A stretch of DNA of 64,000 nucleotides. Source: an uncultured Verrucomicrobiae bacterium (GTDB lineage: Bacteria; Verrucomicrobiota; Verrucomicrobiia; Chthoniobacterales; JAFAMB01). How positions within the stretch are numbered: position 1 is the stretch's first letter; every line of letters begins with the position of its first letter. The position numbers and the translations under genes are program-made. The notes under the pieces are model-generated. The model had not been told where the DNA came from, did not search any database, and saw only the letters and a list, made by a program, of their open reading frames with translations. Shown piece after piece: positions 20,013 through 28,523 of this stretch. Location of the stretch: NCBI GenBank assembly GCA_963837955.1, contig CAWIPH010000002.1:832001-896000 (forward strand). The letters run 5' to 3'.

Positions 20013-21245
20013 ATGCCAAGTTTCCTTTATGAGGCCGTCAGCCGGGCCGGTGAACGGATTCGCGGCGAATTGGTCGCTCAGAACCGAGCCGAAGCGTTTC
20101 GGAAGCTCGATCGCGATCGGTTGCAACCTATTAAGATCCAAGAGAAGGGTGGGACGTCTGGTGTTGTTCCACCAGTTGATCAACCGCGAGGCCTCATCAA
20201 GATTCGTCTCTCTCGTGGCCAGATTATCCTATTCACCGAAGAATTGAGCGATTTGCTCGACGCCGGTCTGCAGATTGAGCCGGCTCTTCGGGTCATGGAG
20301 GCCCGCAAAGAATTATCAAAAATCAAACAGATCGCCGCCGCTCTTCGTCAGCGGGTGCGAGAGGGAAGTAGCCTTTCGAACGCTTTACGCCAAGTTTCTC
20401 CCAGCTTCGGAGATCTCTACTGCAATCTTGTTTCGGCCGGGGAGATCAGCGGTTCGCTGCCGGAGTTATTGAAGCGACAGGCCGCTTTTTTGGTGACCAT
20501 CGATGATCTACAAAAAAAGGTGGTGTCTGCGCTCATTTATCCGGCCATGATCTTTGTGCTTGGTCTCGGACTGATATTCTTGTTCATGACTTACCTGGTT
20601 CCGCAGATGACGGTGCTATTTGAAAAGACCGGTAAGAACGTGCCTCTTCTTACTAGATTGCTCATCGATGTGAGTGCTTTTTTTTCGCACTACTGGTGGG
20701 CGATTCTCGCTGCGATTGTCCTGGCCGGTTTTGCTTTTTTTCAGCTTATCCGGCATCCCCGGGGAAAGAAATGGTGGCACCGGGTACAGTTAAAGATTCC
20801 AGTGGTTGGCGGAGTGTTAAGGGGCCGATTTTATGCGCAGTTTGCTCAGACCTTATCTAATCTCCTTGGCAACGGTCTTCCTTTATTGAACGCCCTCCAA
20901 TTGATGCGAGGTGCTACCTCGAATGAGCATTGGCGTCGCTCGCTGGCGGCGGTGACCGAATACGTCGGGGAAGGCGGTGCCTTCTCGCGCGGGCTCCAAC
21001 GGCTCACCGATTTCCCTTCACTGTTCATTGATATGGTAGCAGTCGGAGAACAAACCGGAGACTTGGCAAAAGCCTTGGATAAGGTCGGCAAAAAATATGA
21101 CAAGGAGCTGAACCTCCGCATTCAACGGTTAACATCGATGGTCCAGCCGGTGATCATACTAATCATGGCTGGAATGGTCGGAGTAATTGCGTATTCGATC
21201 ATCAATGGCATTTTCGACGCCGTCTCCGGGTTGCAAACTCATTAG
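20013..21245 (+). CDS. gspF: Type II secretion system F / PilC family platform protein
   Basis: LLDAGL, AGEISGSL, ALIYP, VGEQTGDL; three TM; 3 nt after gspE. Confidence 0.92.
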   Translation: MPSFLYEAVSRAGERIRGELVAQNRAEAFRKLDRDRLQPIKIQEKGGTSGVVPPVDQPRGLIKIRLSRGQIILFTEELSDLLDAGLQIEPALRVMEARKELSKIKQIAAALRQRVREGSSLSNALRQVSPSFGDLYCNLVSAGEISGSLPELLKRQAAFLVTIDDLQKKVVSALIYPAMIFVLGLGLIFLFMTYLVPQMTVLFEKTGKNVPLLTRLLIDVSAFFSHYWWAILAAIVLAGFAFFQLIRHPRGKKWWHRVQLKIPVVGGVLRGRFYAQFAQTLSNLLGNGLPLLNALQLMRGATSNEHWRRSLAAVTEYVGEGGAFSRGLQRLTDFPSLFIDMVAVGEQTGDLAKALDKVGKKYDKELNLRIQRLTSMVQPVIILIMAGMVGVIAYSIINGIFDAVSGLQTH

Positions 21246-21295
21246 GGAAAAAATCCAAGCTCTTGGTTTCTGGGCCAAACCGATCCATCCATCCG

Positions 21296-22075
21296 ATGAC
21301 TGATCTTCGACTATTGAGTTTGGACTTTGACGGAACAATGATTGCGCCGTGGGAAGCTGAACGCGCCGCCATCAGTCGGTCTTTGGTCGATCGTCTTAAT
21401 CTACTACGTCGCTGCGGGACGATCGTGGCGATGAACACCGGTCGTACGCTGGAACTCGTCGACCAGGCACTCGAATTTTTCCCATTTCGACCGGATTACG
21501 CGCTCACTACCGAAAGAGAGATTTATAGAGCTAATGGCTCCGGTTGGGAACCGATCGTCGCGTGGAACGCTGATTGCCAGAAGTCGCACGATCAGCTGTA
21601 CCGAGATGCCTCGGAGCTGCTTATCGATATTGAAAACTATTTGTGTACTCGGACCGAGGCTCGGTTGCACCGGGAATCTGGTCGACTAGTGGGTGTGGTG
21701 GCCCAAGATGCTCCAGAGATGGATGGAATCGTCAGTTATTTGGATTCGCAACGAAAAGAGATCGAAGAGTTTTCTTATCAACGGAACGGGATCTACCTGC
21801 GATTTTGCCATGTCCGCTTCGACAAGGGATCAGTGCTTCGGGGATTGCAATCGCTCCTGGGAGTTGAACCCGGCGAGACGTTTGCCGCGGGCGACAATTA
21901 CAATGACTTGCCGATGCTGCGAACCGAAATCGCGCGACATCTGGCATGTCCTTCGAACAGTATTGATGAAGTTAAGGACGCTGTCCGAGACGGTGGCGGT
22001 CATGTTTCTGAACTGGTCGGCGGCGACGGCCTGGCCGAAGCCCTATTGCGTTTTCCATTACCAGAAGGACCGTAA
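21296..22075 (+). CDS. HAD-superfamily hydrolase (Cof/IIB-like phosphatase)
   Basis: LDFDGT, NTGR, DKG, AGDNYNDLPML. Confidence 0.88.
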   Translation: MTDLRLLSLDFDGTMIAPWEAERAAISRSLVDRLNLLRRCGTIVAMNTGRTLELVDQALEFFPFRPDYALTTEREIYRANGSGWEPIVAWNADCQKSHDQLYRDASELLIDIENYLCTRTEARLHRESGRLVGVVAQDAPEMDGIVSYLDSQRKEIEEFSYQRNGIYLRFCHVRFDKGSVLRGLQSLLGVEPGETFAAGDNYNDLPMLRTEIARHLACPSNSIDEVKDAVRDGGGHVSELVGGDGLAEALLRFPLPEGP

Positions 22076-22246
22076 TTAGTTCAGAGAAAGCGCTTTGCGC
22101 AATTCATATGATTGCTGTCTACCATTGCCAACAGCGCGGACTAGGCGGCGCCAGAGTCGTTGATTAACAATCGCTCCTATGACGATTCAAGCTTGCGCGG
22201 AATTTTTCCAGGGTTGTACCATGGCCTGGTTGTCGCCCCGCGTTAG

Positions 22247-22933
22247 ATGAGTGAGAAGATCCTGATCGTTGAAGATGAGGTGGATGTTGCCGAATTGCTT
22301 GCCCACCACCTCAAAAAGGCTGGCTTTGTCGTCGAGATGGCCACAAATGGCCGGACTGCCTTAACATTCATTCGGGATCAGCCGCCGACTTTGGTTGTCC
22401 TGGACCTCATGTTACCGGAGATGTCGGGCCTCGACCTGTGCCGGGCGATCCGTTCCGACCCGCGCACAAAAGAAATGGCGATCGTGATGCTTTCCGCGCG
22501 TACCGAAGAAATCGACCGGGTACTCGGATTTGAGCTCGGAGCTGACGATTATGTGGTGAAGCCTTTTAGTCCTCGCGAGTTCGTGCTGCGGATCCAGGCG
22601 ATCTTGCGCCGGCGGGCTGCGGCGCCCAATGATCATGACTGCTTGCGAGTAGGGGAGATTCTACTTGATCGTTCCCGACATGAAGTGAAGGCAGCCAACC
22701 GCGTAGTCGAATGTACTGCCACAGAGTTTAAGTTGTTACGTTTGTTGATGGAGCGGGAAGGGCGGGTGCAAGGGAGGGATCGTCTGCTGAGCGACGTTTG
22801 GGGGTACGACTCGATCATTGATACAAGAACGGTGGATACGCACATGCGACGCCTAAGGGATAAACTGGGTAACTGCGGTCGCTACATCGAGACTGTGCGT
22901 GGATTCGGATATCGGCTAGCGGTGCCTCATTAA
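22247..22933 (+). CDS. phoB: OmpR/PhoB-family response regulator, probably PhoB
   Basis: VEDE, LDLMLP, GADDYVVKPFSPRE, RTVDTHMRRLR, ETVRGFGY; Pho boxes and pstB downstream. Confidence 0.8.
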   Translation: MSEKILIVEDEVDVAELLAHHLKKAGFVVEMATNGRTALTFIRDQPPTLVVLDLMLPEMSGLDLCRAIRSDPRTKEMAIVMLSARTEEIDRVLGFELGADDYVVKPFSPREFVLRIQAILRRRAAAPNDHDCLRVGEILLDRSRHEVKAANRVVECTATEFKLLRLLMEREGRVQGRDRLLSDVWGYDSIIDTRTVDTHMRRLRDKLGNCGRYIETVRGFGYRLAVPH

Positions 22934-23004
22934 TTGGCCCTTCTGCGGGCCATAAGGCGATTGAAAACCCCTTTTAGGGAGAGGTTTGTAGACAATTGCT
23001 GGGA

Positions 23005-23044
23005 TTGTCACCAAAATGTAACAGAATCGACGTTATTCTGTAAC
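23005..23044 (+). promoter_or_regulatory. Pho-box-like direct repeats
   Basis: TGTCAC (23006), TGTAAC (23017), TGTAAC (23039): 11-bp phasing. Confidence 0.7.
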
Positions 23045-23282
23045 ATGCAGTTGGTCACCTGAGCGCGCTGAGGTTAGTCGGTTTCTTTGGCTTAGGCTCC
23101 CCGCCCGGATCGGCCTTTAGCCCACAAAAACCAAACTAGAGTCAGCAAAAAGAGTGTGCGGAGAGCTCTTCGCTCGGCGGTAGGGTTTGAGCTGGCTTCT
23201 AGTGGCTGGAACAACCCCCCACTGACGGCGGATTGCTTCTATTAGTTTGAGGCTAGGTTTGCCCGGAGAAAAACCCATCAAA

Positions 23283-23310
23283 TGTTACTTCGCCGCCATC
23301 CGGCTGTCAC
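23283..23310 (+). promoter_or_regulatory. Triple Pho-box-like repeat upstream of porin 1
   Basis: TGTTAC-N5-CGCCAT-N5-TGTCAC; conserved upstream of porin 2. Confidence 0.75.
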
Positions 23311-23439
23311 ATTCGATTGGTCAACTTTGGTCCAGCTGTGCTAAACCCCGCGCGTATTGATGCTCGGTAAGGTGCATCATTAACTTATAGAGCACGCGAA
23401 AAGATTCGCGAGATCTAGGTCCAAGGAGAGAGAAAACCA

Positions 23440-25143
23440 ATGATCCTAAAAAACAGATACGCAATAACACTGGCTGGCCTTGTTGCCTTAACCACCAGTG
23501 CTGCATTTGCGCAAGACAACCAGGCGCTCATTGATGCTTTGGTCCGCAAAGGCATCTTGTCGCAAAAAGACGCCGAGAGCATCGAAAGAGAGGTGTCAAA
23601 GAATCCGGCAGTGGTCCCAGCTCCGAGCAGTCCGCTCAAGCTGGCACCCTGGATTAAGGAACTGAAACTGAGCGGTGACTTGCGTCTCCGTTACCAGTGG
23701 GATGAAGAGCAGGCTCAAGAGCCTTCGGTTGCTCCAGTCGCGCCGACTCCAACCCCGATCCCTAGCCTTAAGAATCCAACTCCTACGCTAGTGGCCAGTC
23801 CGAACGGTCGGAACCATGTGGCGACGCGAGAGCGCTGGCGCTTTCGTTTGCGTTTGAATGCCGAAATGAAGTTCGACGGCGGCTTCTTTGCCGGAGTCAG
23901 CCTGACAACCAACAACTTTGCCGATACCGGCAATCAGACCTACACGGGAGGCTTCCAGAACTACGGCATTTATATAAGCAAAGCGTTCCTGGGCTGGGAC
24001 GGCTATCCTGGCTTGACCGTTATTGCCGGCAAACAGGACAACCCCTTCTACACCACAGACTTGTTCTGGGAACCGAACATCTATCCTCAGGGGTTGGTGG
24101 AACGGATAGACTTTGATAAGCTTTTTGGCTGGAACTCGGCTGGCGAGCCGGTCAGTTACAGTAAGGAAGGCAAGGCCCCGCCTCCGGTTAAGAAGAGCCA
24201 TGGCTCATTCGAGTTAGCCCTTATTGCCGCGCAATTCATCTTCTACGACAACAACGAATACAACTTCGACAGCGATCTGAAGAATGATTCTTACCTGTTT
24301 CAGGAACAATTGTTGATGCGATACAAAACCGATTGGTTTTCGTTCACGTTTGGTCCGTCGCTGTTTATAGCGAATGCGGCGGCCTATGGCCATGACACGG
24401 TCGCGAACGGGCCCGCTGGGAACTTCTCTTCAGTCAATACGGGTGGATTTACGGCGCCGGCCAAGACCGACTTCCTGCAGTTCTTGGACGGTACGGGTGA
24501 AGAACGGGATCTGTTCGTCGTCATGGCACCTGGAGATATCAGTGTGAAGGTGGCTAACATTCCGGTGAAACTCTACTGGGACTTTGCTTATAACTTCGAT
24601 GGCGGCAAACGTTACAGTCTGCTCGGCACGGCGGGTCAAAGGGCAACCGGAACCACCCTGTTCAATGGCACGACGCTCACCACCCCTTTTATCACCACTC
24701 AGCGAGATGGGGTTAATCCTCCTTTAACTCCTGGGCCGGGCCTCTACAGTGGCTTGATCCTGAGTAAGACCGGAGCAGTTCTGGGCTTCACTAACTTGGC
24801 GCAACCGTCCAACAAGGATAAGATGGCATGGTTGATTGGGTTGAAGATTGGTGACAACAAGAAGGCTGGCGATGTTTCGATCTACGGCGATTACCGTCAG
24901 GTCGGTATAGCGTCGGTCGATCCGAACCTTGCGGCCACGGACTCGATGAACGACCGATTGAACTCGCAAGGCTTCGGCTTCGGGATCGTTTACAACGTGA
25001 CCGACTTCTTTCTCTTGGGAGTCAGTGGACGGATCGACTGGAACCTGACGAACCTCTACGGAGGTCAAGCCACACGCGGTTCCGGTATTGCCGACGATAA
25101 CAGCTGGCACTACGTCCGGGTTGACGCCTTGCTGAAGTTCTAA
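23440..25143 (+). CDS. Putative porin (Porin_5-like outer-membrane beta-barrel), copy 1
   Basis: Signal peptide, ALIDALVRKGILS, LKLSGDLRLRY, RWRFRLRL, C-terminal VDALLKF; RBS aaggag. Confidence 0.85.
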   Translation: MILKNRYAITLAGLVALTTSAAFAQDNQALIDALVRKGILSQKDAESIEREVSKNPAVVPAPSSPLKLAPWIKELKLSGDLRLRYQWDEEQAQEPSVAPVAPTPTPIPSLKNPTPTLVASPNGRNHVATRERWRFRLRLNAEMKFDGGFFAGVSLTTNNFADTGNQTYTGGFQNYGIYISKAFLGWDGYPGLTVIAGKQDNPFYTTDLFWEPNIYPQGLVERIDFDKLFGWNSAGEPVSYSKEGKAPPPVKKSHGSFELALIAAQFIFYDNNEYNFDSDLKNDSYLFQEQLLMRYKTDWFSFTFGPSLFIANAAAYGHDTVANGPAGNFSSVNTGGFTAPAKTDFLQFLDGTGEERDLFVVMAPGDISVKVANIPVKLYWDFAYNFDGGKRYSLLGTAGQRATGTTLFNGTTLTTPFITTQRDGVNPPLTPGPGLYSGLILSKTGAVLGFTNLAQPSNKDKMAWLIGLKIGDNKKAGDVSIYGDYRQVGIASVDPNLAATDSMNDRLNSQGFGFGIVYNVTDFFLLGVSGRIDWNLTNLYGGQATRGSGIADDNSWHYVRVDALLKF

Positions 25144-25178
25144 AGACTTCAGAAGTGATTTAGTACGAACATTTTGCC

Positions 25179-25212
25179 GACCCGGTGGCTTAAACCACCG
25201 GGTCTGCTTTTT
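25179..25212 (+). terminator. Intrinsic terminator after porin 1
   Basis: gacccggtgg-cttaaa-ccaccgggtc followed by tgcttttt. Confidence 0.75.
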
Positions 25213-25378
25213 CCGGAAAAACTATCCGGAAAAACTTTTAGGTCCACAACGAGAAGAAACCATGACCCAAGAAACTGGTCTTGGCCGGTTTCGAATTTTT
25301 GACCACGAGTGTGAGCTTTGGCAAAGATCGGGCGCTCTTCGGCACGCCGGTTTAATCCGTTCGGAAAAACCAGTAAAA

Positions 25379-25406
25379 TGTTACTTCGCTGCCATCCGGC
25401 TGTCAC
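25379..25406 (+). promoter_or_regulatory. Triple Pho-box-like repeat upstream of porin 2
   Basis: TGTTAC-N5-TGCCAT-N5-TGTCAC. Confidence 0.78.
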
Positions 25407-25528
25407 ATTGCTTGTTCAATTTCGAAAAATCATGCTGAACCTCGCACCTGTCGGCGCTCAGCGAGGAGCGCCACCGACTTAGGGAGGACGAGATTTCGCA
25501 GGATCTAAGTTCAAGGAGAGACAAACCA

Positions 25529-27229
25529 ATGATCCTAAAAAACCGATACTGTTGGGCGCTGGCCGGCCTTGTTGCCTTAATCACCAGCTCCGCATTTGCA
25601 GATGATCAGGCGCTTATCGATGCCTTAATTCGCAAAGGCATCCTAACGCAAAAAGACGCCGAAAAGATAGAAAGTGAGGTGTCGAAAAACCCGGCACTGG
25701 CGACAACTCCGAGCAGCCCGCTCAAGCTTGCGCCCTGGATTAAGGAGTTGAAACTGAGTGGTGACTTGCGTCTCCGTTATCAATGGGATGAAGAGCAGGC
25801 TCAAGAGCCCTCGGTCGCTCCAGTCGCGCCGACTCCAACCCCGATCCCTAGCCTTAAGAATCCGACTCCTACGCTGGTGGCCAGTCCGAATGGCAAGAAC
25901 CACGTCGCGACGCGCTCGCGCTGGCGATTCCGTTTGCGTTTGAATGCTGAAATGAAATTCGATGGTGGCTTCTTTGCTGGAGTCAGCCTCTCGACCAATA
26001 ACTTTTCCGATACGCAAAATCAGACCTATACGGGTGGTTTCCAGAACTACGGAATCTATATAAGCAAGGCATTCTTGGGCTGGAACGGCTATCCTGGTCT
26101 AGCCATTATTGCTGGTAAACAGGACAACCCGTTCTATGCCACCGATCTGTTCTGGGATCCGAACATGTATCCGCAAGGCTTGGTGGAACGGATCGATTTT
26201 GATCAGCTCTTTGGCTGGAACTCGGCTGGGGAACCGGTCAGCTATAGCAAGGAGGGCAAGGCTCCGCCTCCCGTCAAGAAAAGCCACGGGACTTTCGAGT
26301 TGGCGCTCATTGCCGGTCAGTTCATTTTCTACGACAACAACGAATACAACTTCGACAGCGATCTGAAGAACGATTCCTACCTATTCGAAGAACAGTTGTT
26401 GGCTCGCTACAAGACCGACTGGTTCTCGATCACGGTAGCTCCGTCGCTCTTTATCGCCAATGCCGGTGCCTACGGACACGACACCGTGGCTAATGGTCCG
26501 GCCGGCAACTTCTCCTCGGTCAATACCGGTGGATTTACCGCACCGGCCAAGACCGATTTCCTCCAGTTCCTGGATGGAACCGGCGAAGAAAGAAGTCTGT
26601 TCGTCGTTCAAGCGCCGGGAGATATCACCGTGAAGGTGGGCAAGATTCCGGTGAAATTTTATTGGGACTTTGCCTACAACTTTGATGGAGGTAAACGCTT
26701 CAGCTTGCTCGGTACGGCCGGCCAAAGAGCGACGGGGACGACCCTTTTCAACGGTACAACGCTGACCACGCCTTTCATCACCACCCAGCGAGATGGAACC
26801 AATCCCACTACCTTCCCATTCCCTGGCTTGTATAGCGAAGTGGTCACCAATTCCGCCGGTGTTGTGATCGGCTACCGGAATCTGGCGCAACCCTCCAACA
26901 AAGATAAAATGGCATGGTTGGTCGGATTGAAGATCGGTGACAACAAGAAAGCCGGAGATTTCTCGGCCTATGCCGATTATCGCCAAGTTGGTATCGCAGC
27001 AGTTGATCCGAACCTCTCATTCGATGACGCGATGAACGCCCGCTTGAATTTCCAAGGCTTCGGCATGGGAATCGCCTACAACGTGACTGACTTCTTCATT
27101 TTGGGAGTCAGTGGACGCATCGATTGGAACTTGACCAACCTCTATGGGGGCCAGGCCACGCACGGCTCCGGTATTGCTGACGACAACTCTTGGCACTACG
27201 TCCGAGTTGACGCGTTGTTGAAGTTCTAA
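25529..27229 (+). CDS. Putative porin (Porin_5-like), copy 2, tandem paralogue
   Basis: Colinear and highly similar to 23440-25143. Confidence 0.85.
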   Translation: MILKNRYCWALAGLVALITSSAFADDQALIDALIRKGILTQKDAEKIESEVSKNPALATTPSSPLKLAPWIKELKLSGDLRLRYQWDEEQAQEPSVAPVAPTPTPIPSLKNPTPTLVASPNGKNHVATRSRWRFRLRLNAEMKFDGGFFAGVSLSTNNFSDTQNQTYTGGFQNYGIYISKAFLGWNGYPGLAIIAGKQDNPFYATDLFWDPNMYPQGLVERIDFDQLFGWNSAGEPVSYSKEGKAPPPVKKSHGTFELALIAGQFIFYDNNEYNFDSDLKNDSYLFEEQLLARYKTDWFSITVAPSLFIANAGAYGHDTVANGPAGNFSSVNTGGFTAPAKTDFLQFLDGTGEERSLFVVQAPGDITVKVGKIPVKFYWDFAYNFDGGKRFSLLGTAGQRATGTTLFNGTTLTTPFITTQRDGTNPTTFPFPGLYSEVVTNSAGVVIGYRNLAQPSNKDKMAWLVGLKIGDNKKAGDFSAYADYRQVGIAAVDPNLSFDDAMNARLNFQGFGMGIAYNVTDFFILGVSGRIDWNLTNLYGGQATHGSGIADDNSWHYVRVDALLKF

Positions 27230-27262
27230 CCGTCAGAAGTTGCTTAATTACAGATATTTACA

Positions 27263-27296
27263 CGACCCGGTGGCGGAACCAGCCGGGTCGCCTTTT
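27263..27296 (+). terminator. Intrinsic terminator after porin 2
   Basis: cgacccgg-tgg...cca-g-ccgggtcg then cctttt. Confidence 0.7.
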
Positions 27297-27412
27297 ATGA
27301 ATTTTCCAAGCAGGTAGACCCGCCAGGCAGTCCCGGCCGCGAATTGCCATTTGAAAATATTCTGCGAGACTGAAACGTTTATCGCTCAGGCACCTTTTCC
27401 GGAAAACTCGTT

Positions 27413-28267
27413 ATGGAATCTGCGAAGACCGACATAAAACCTGTTCAACAATCCGGCGAAGCAGTGCAATTGTCGCCGACACCGAGAAAGGTCGAGCCCG
27501 ATATCCCCGGTATCCCGGTCGTTGAAGTGGATCAGGTCGATTTTCATTATGGTGCTGCGAAGGCGCTACACGGGATAAATCTTTCGATACCTAAGAAAAA
27601 GGTTACAGCATTCATTGGTCCGTCCGGTTGCGGCAAATCGACACTGTTGCGTTGCTTAAATCGAATGAACGACTTGGTTGATCATGCCCGAGTCACTGCC
27701 GGAGAAATCCGCATCGGCGGGGTAAATATCAACGCTCCAGAAGTCGATGTGATCGAGCTAAGGAAAAGAGTCGGGATGGTTTTCCAAAAATCGAATCCCT
27801 TTCCCAAATCAATTTACGAGAATATTGCATACGGGTTACGCATCAGCGGGGTCCGGAACAAGAAAATAATCGATCAGACGGTTGAGCAAAGCCTGCGGGG
27901 TGCCGCTCTTTGGGAAGAAGTCCGGAATCGGTTACACGAGAGTGCCCTTGGTTTGTCTGGCGGTCAGCAGCAACGACTTTGTATAGCCCGAGCGATCGCG
28001 GTAAAGCCAGAGGTGATTTTGATGGATGAGCCCTGTTCCGCGCTCGACCCAATTGCGACAGCGAAGGTAGAAGAGCTGATTTTCTCGCTAAAAGATCAAT
28101 TCACCATTGTCATCGTCACTCACAACATGCAGCAGGCGACTCGCTGCTCGGATTTCACAGCATTCTTCTATTTGGGCCGGCTGATCGAGTATGATAGGAC
28201 CGAAAAGTTGTTTAGTAATCCTACGCAAAAGCAGACCGAAGATTACATCTCGGGACGGTTCGGTTAG
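27413..28267 (+). CDS. pstB: Phosphate ABC transporter ATP-binding protein
   Basis: [66 protein letters not shown]. Confidence 0.96.
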   Translation: MESAKTDIKPVQQSGEAVQLSPTPRKVEPDIPGIPVVEVDQVDFHYGAAKALHGINLSIPKKKVTAFIGPSGCGKSTLLRCLNRMNDLVDHARVTAGEIRIGGVNINAPEVDVIELRKRVGMVFQKSNPFPKSIYENIAYGLRISGVRNKKIIDQTVEQSLRGAALWEEVRNRLHESALGLSGGQQQRLCIARAIAVKPEVILMDEPCSALDPIATAKVEELIFSLKDQFTIVIVTHNMQQATRCSDFTAFFYLGRLIEYDRTEKLFSNPTQKQTEDYISGRFG

Positions 28268-28523
28268 TAGCAGCTAGCCTCGACGCTCCAGCCTGAGGAA
28301 CCCAGGGCAGGCTGCAGTGATGGTGATTGATAATTAGTGAAAGGGGCGGTGAGAGATTTTTGCCGAGGATTTGCCGATAGGCATCCGCCATTCACCTCTC
28401 ACTTCTCACCAATCACTGACGTGCTTTCTGAGGCTGGCTTGTCCGCCGAAGTTATGGGTTTGCGGGAGTACGAAGGAGGAAGCATCAGGCTACTTTGCGA
28501 AGGCGGCCCGCCCGCCTGTTGTT

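Noticed and set aside
18312..21245. gspE-gspF pair without pilins/secretin as a novel secretion system
   Set aside because: Dispersed PilB/PilC-type pairs are common in PVC bacteria; nothing unusual in the sequences
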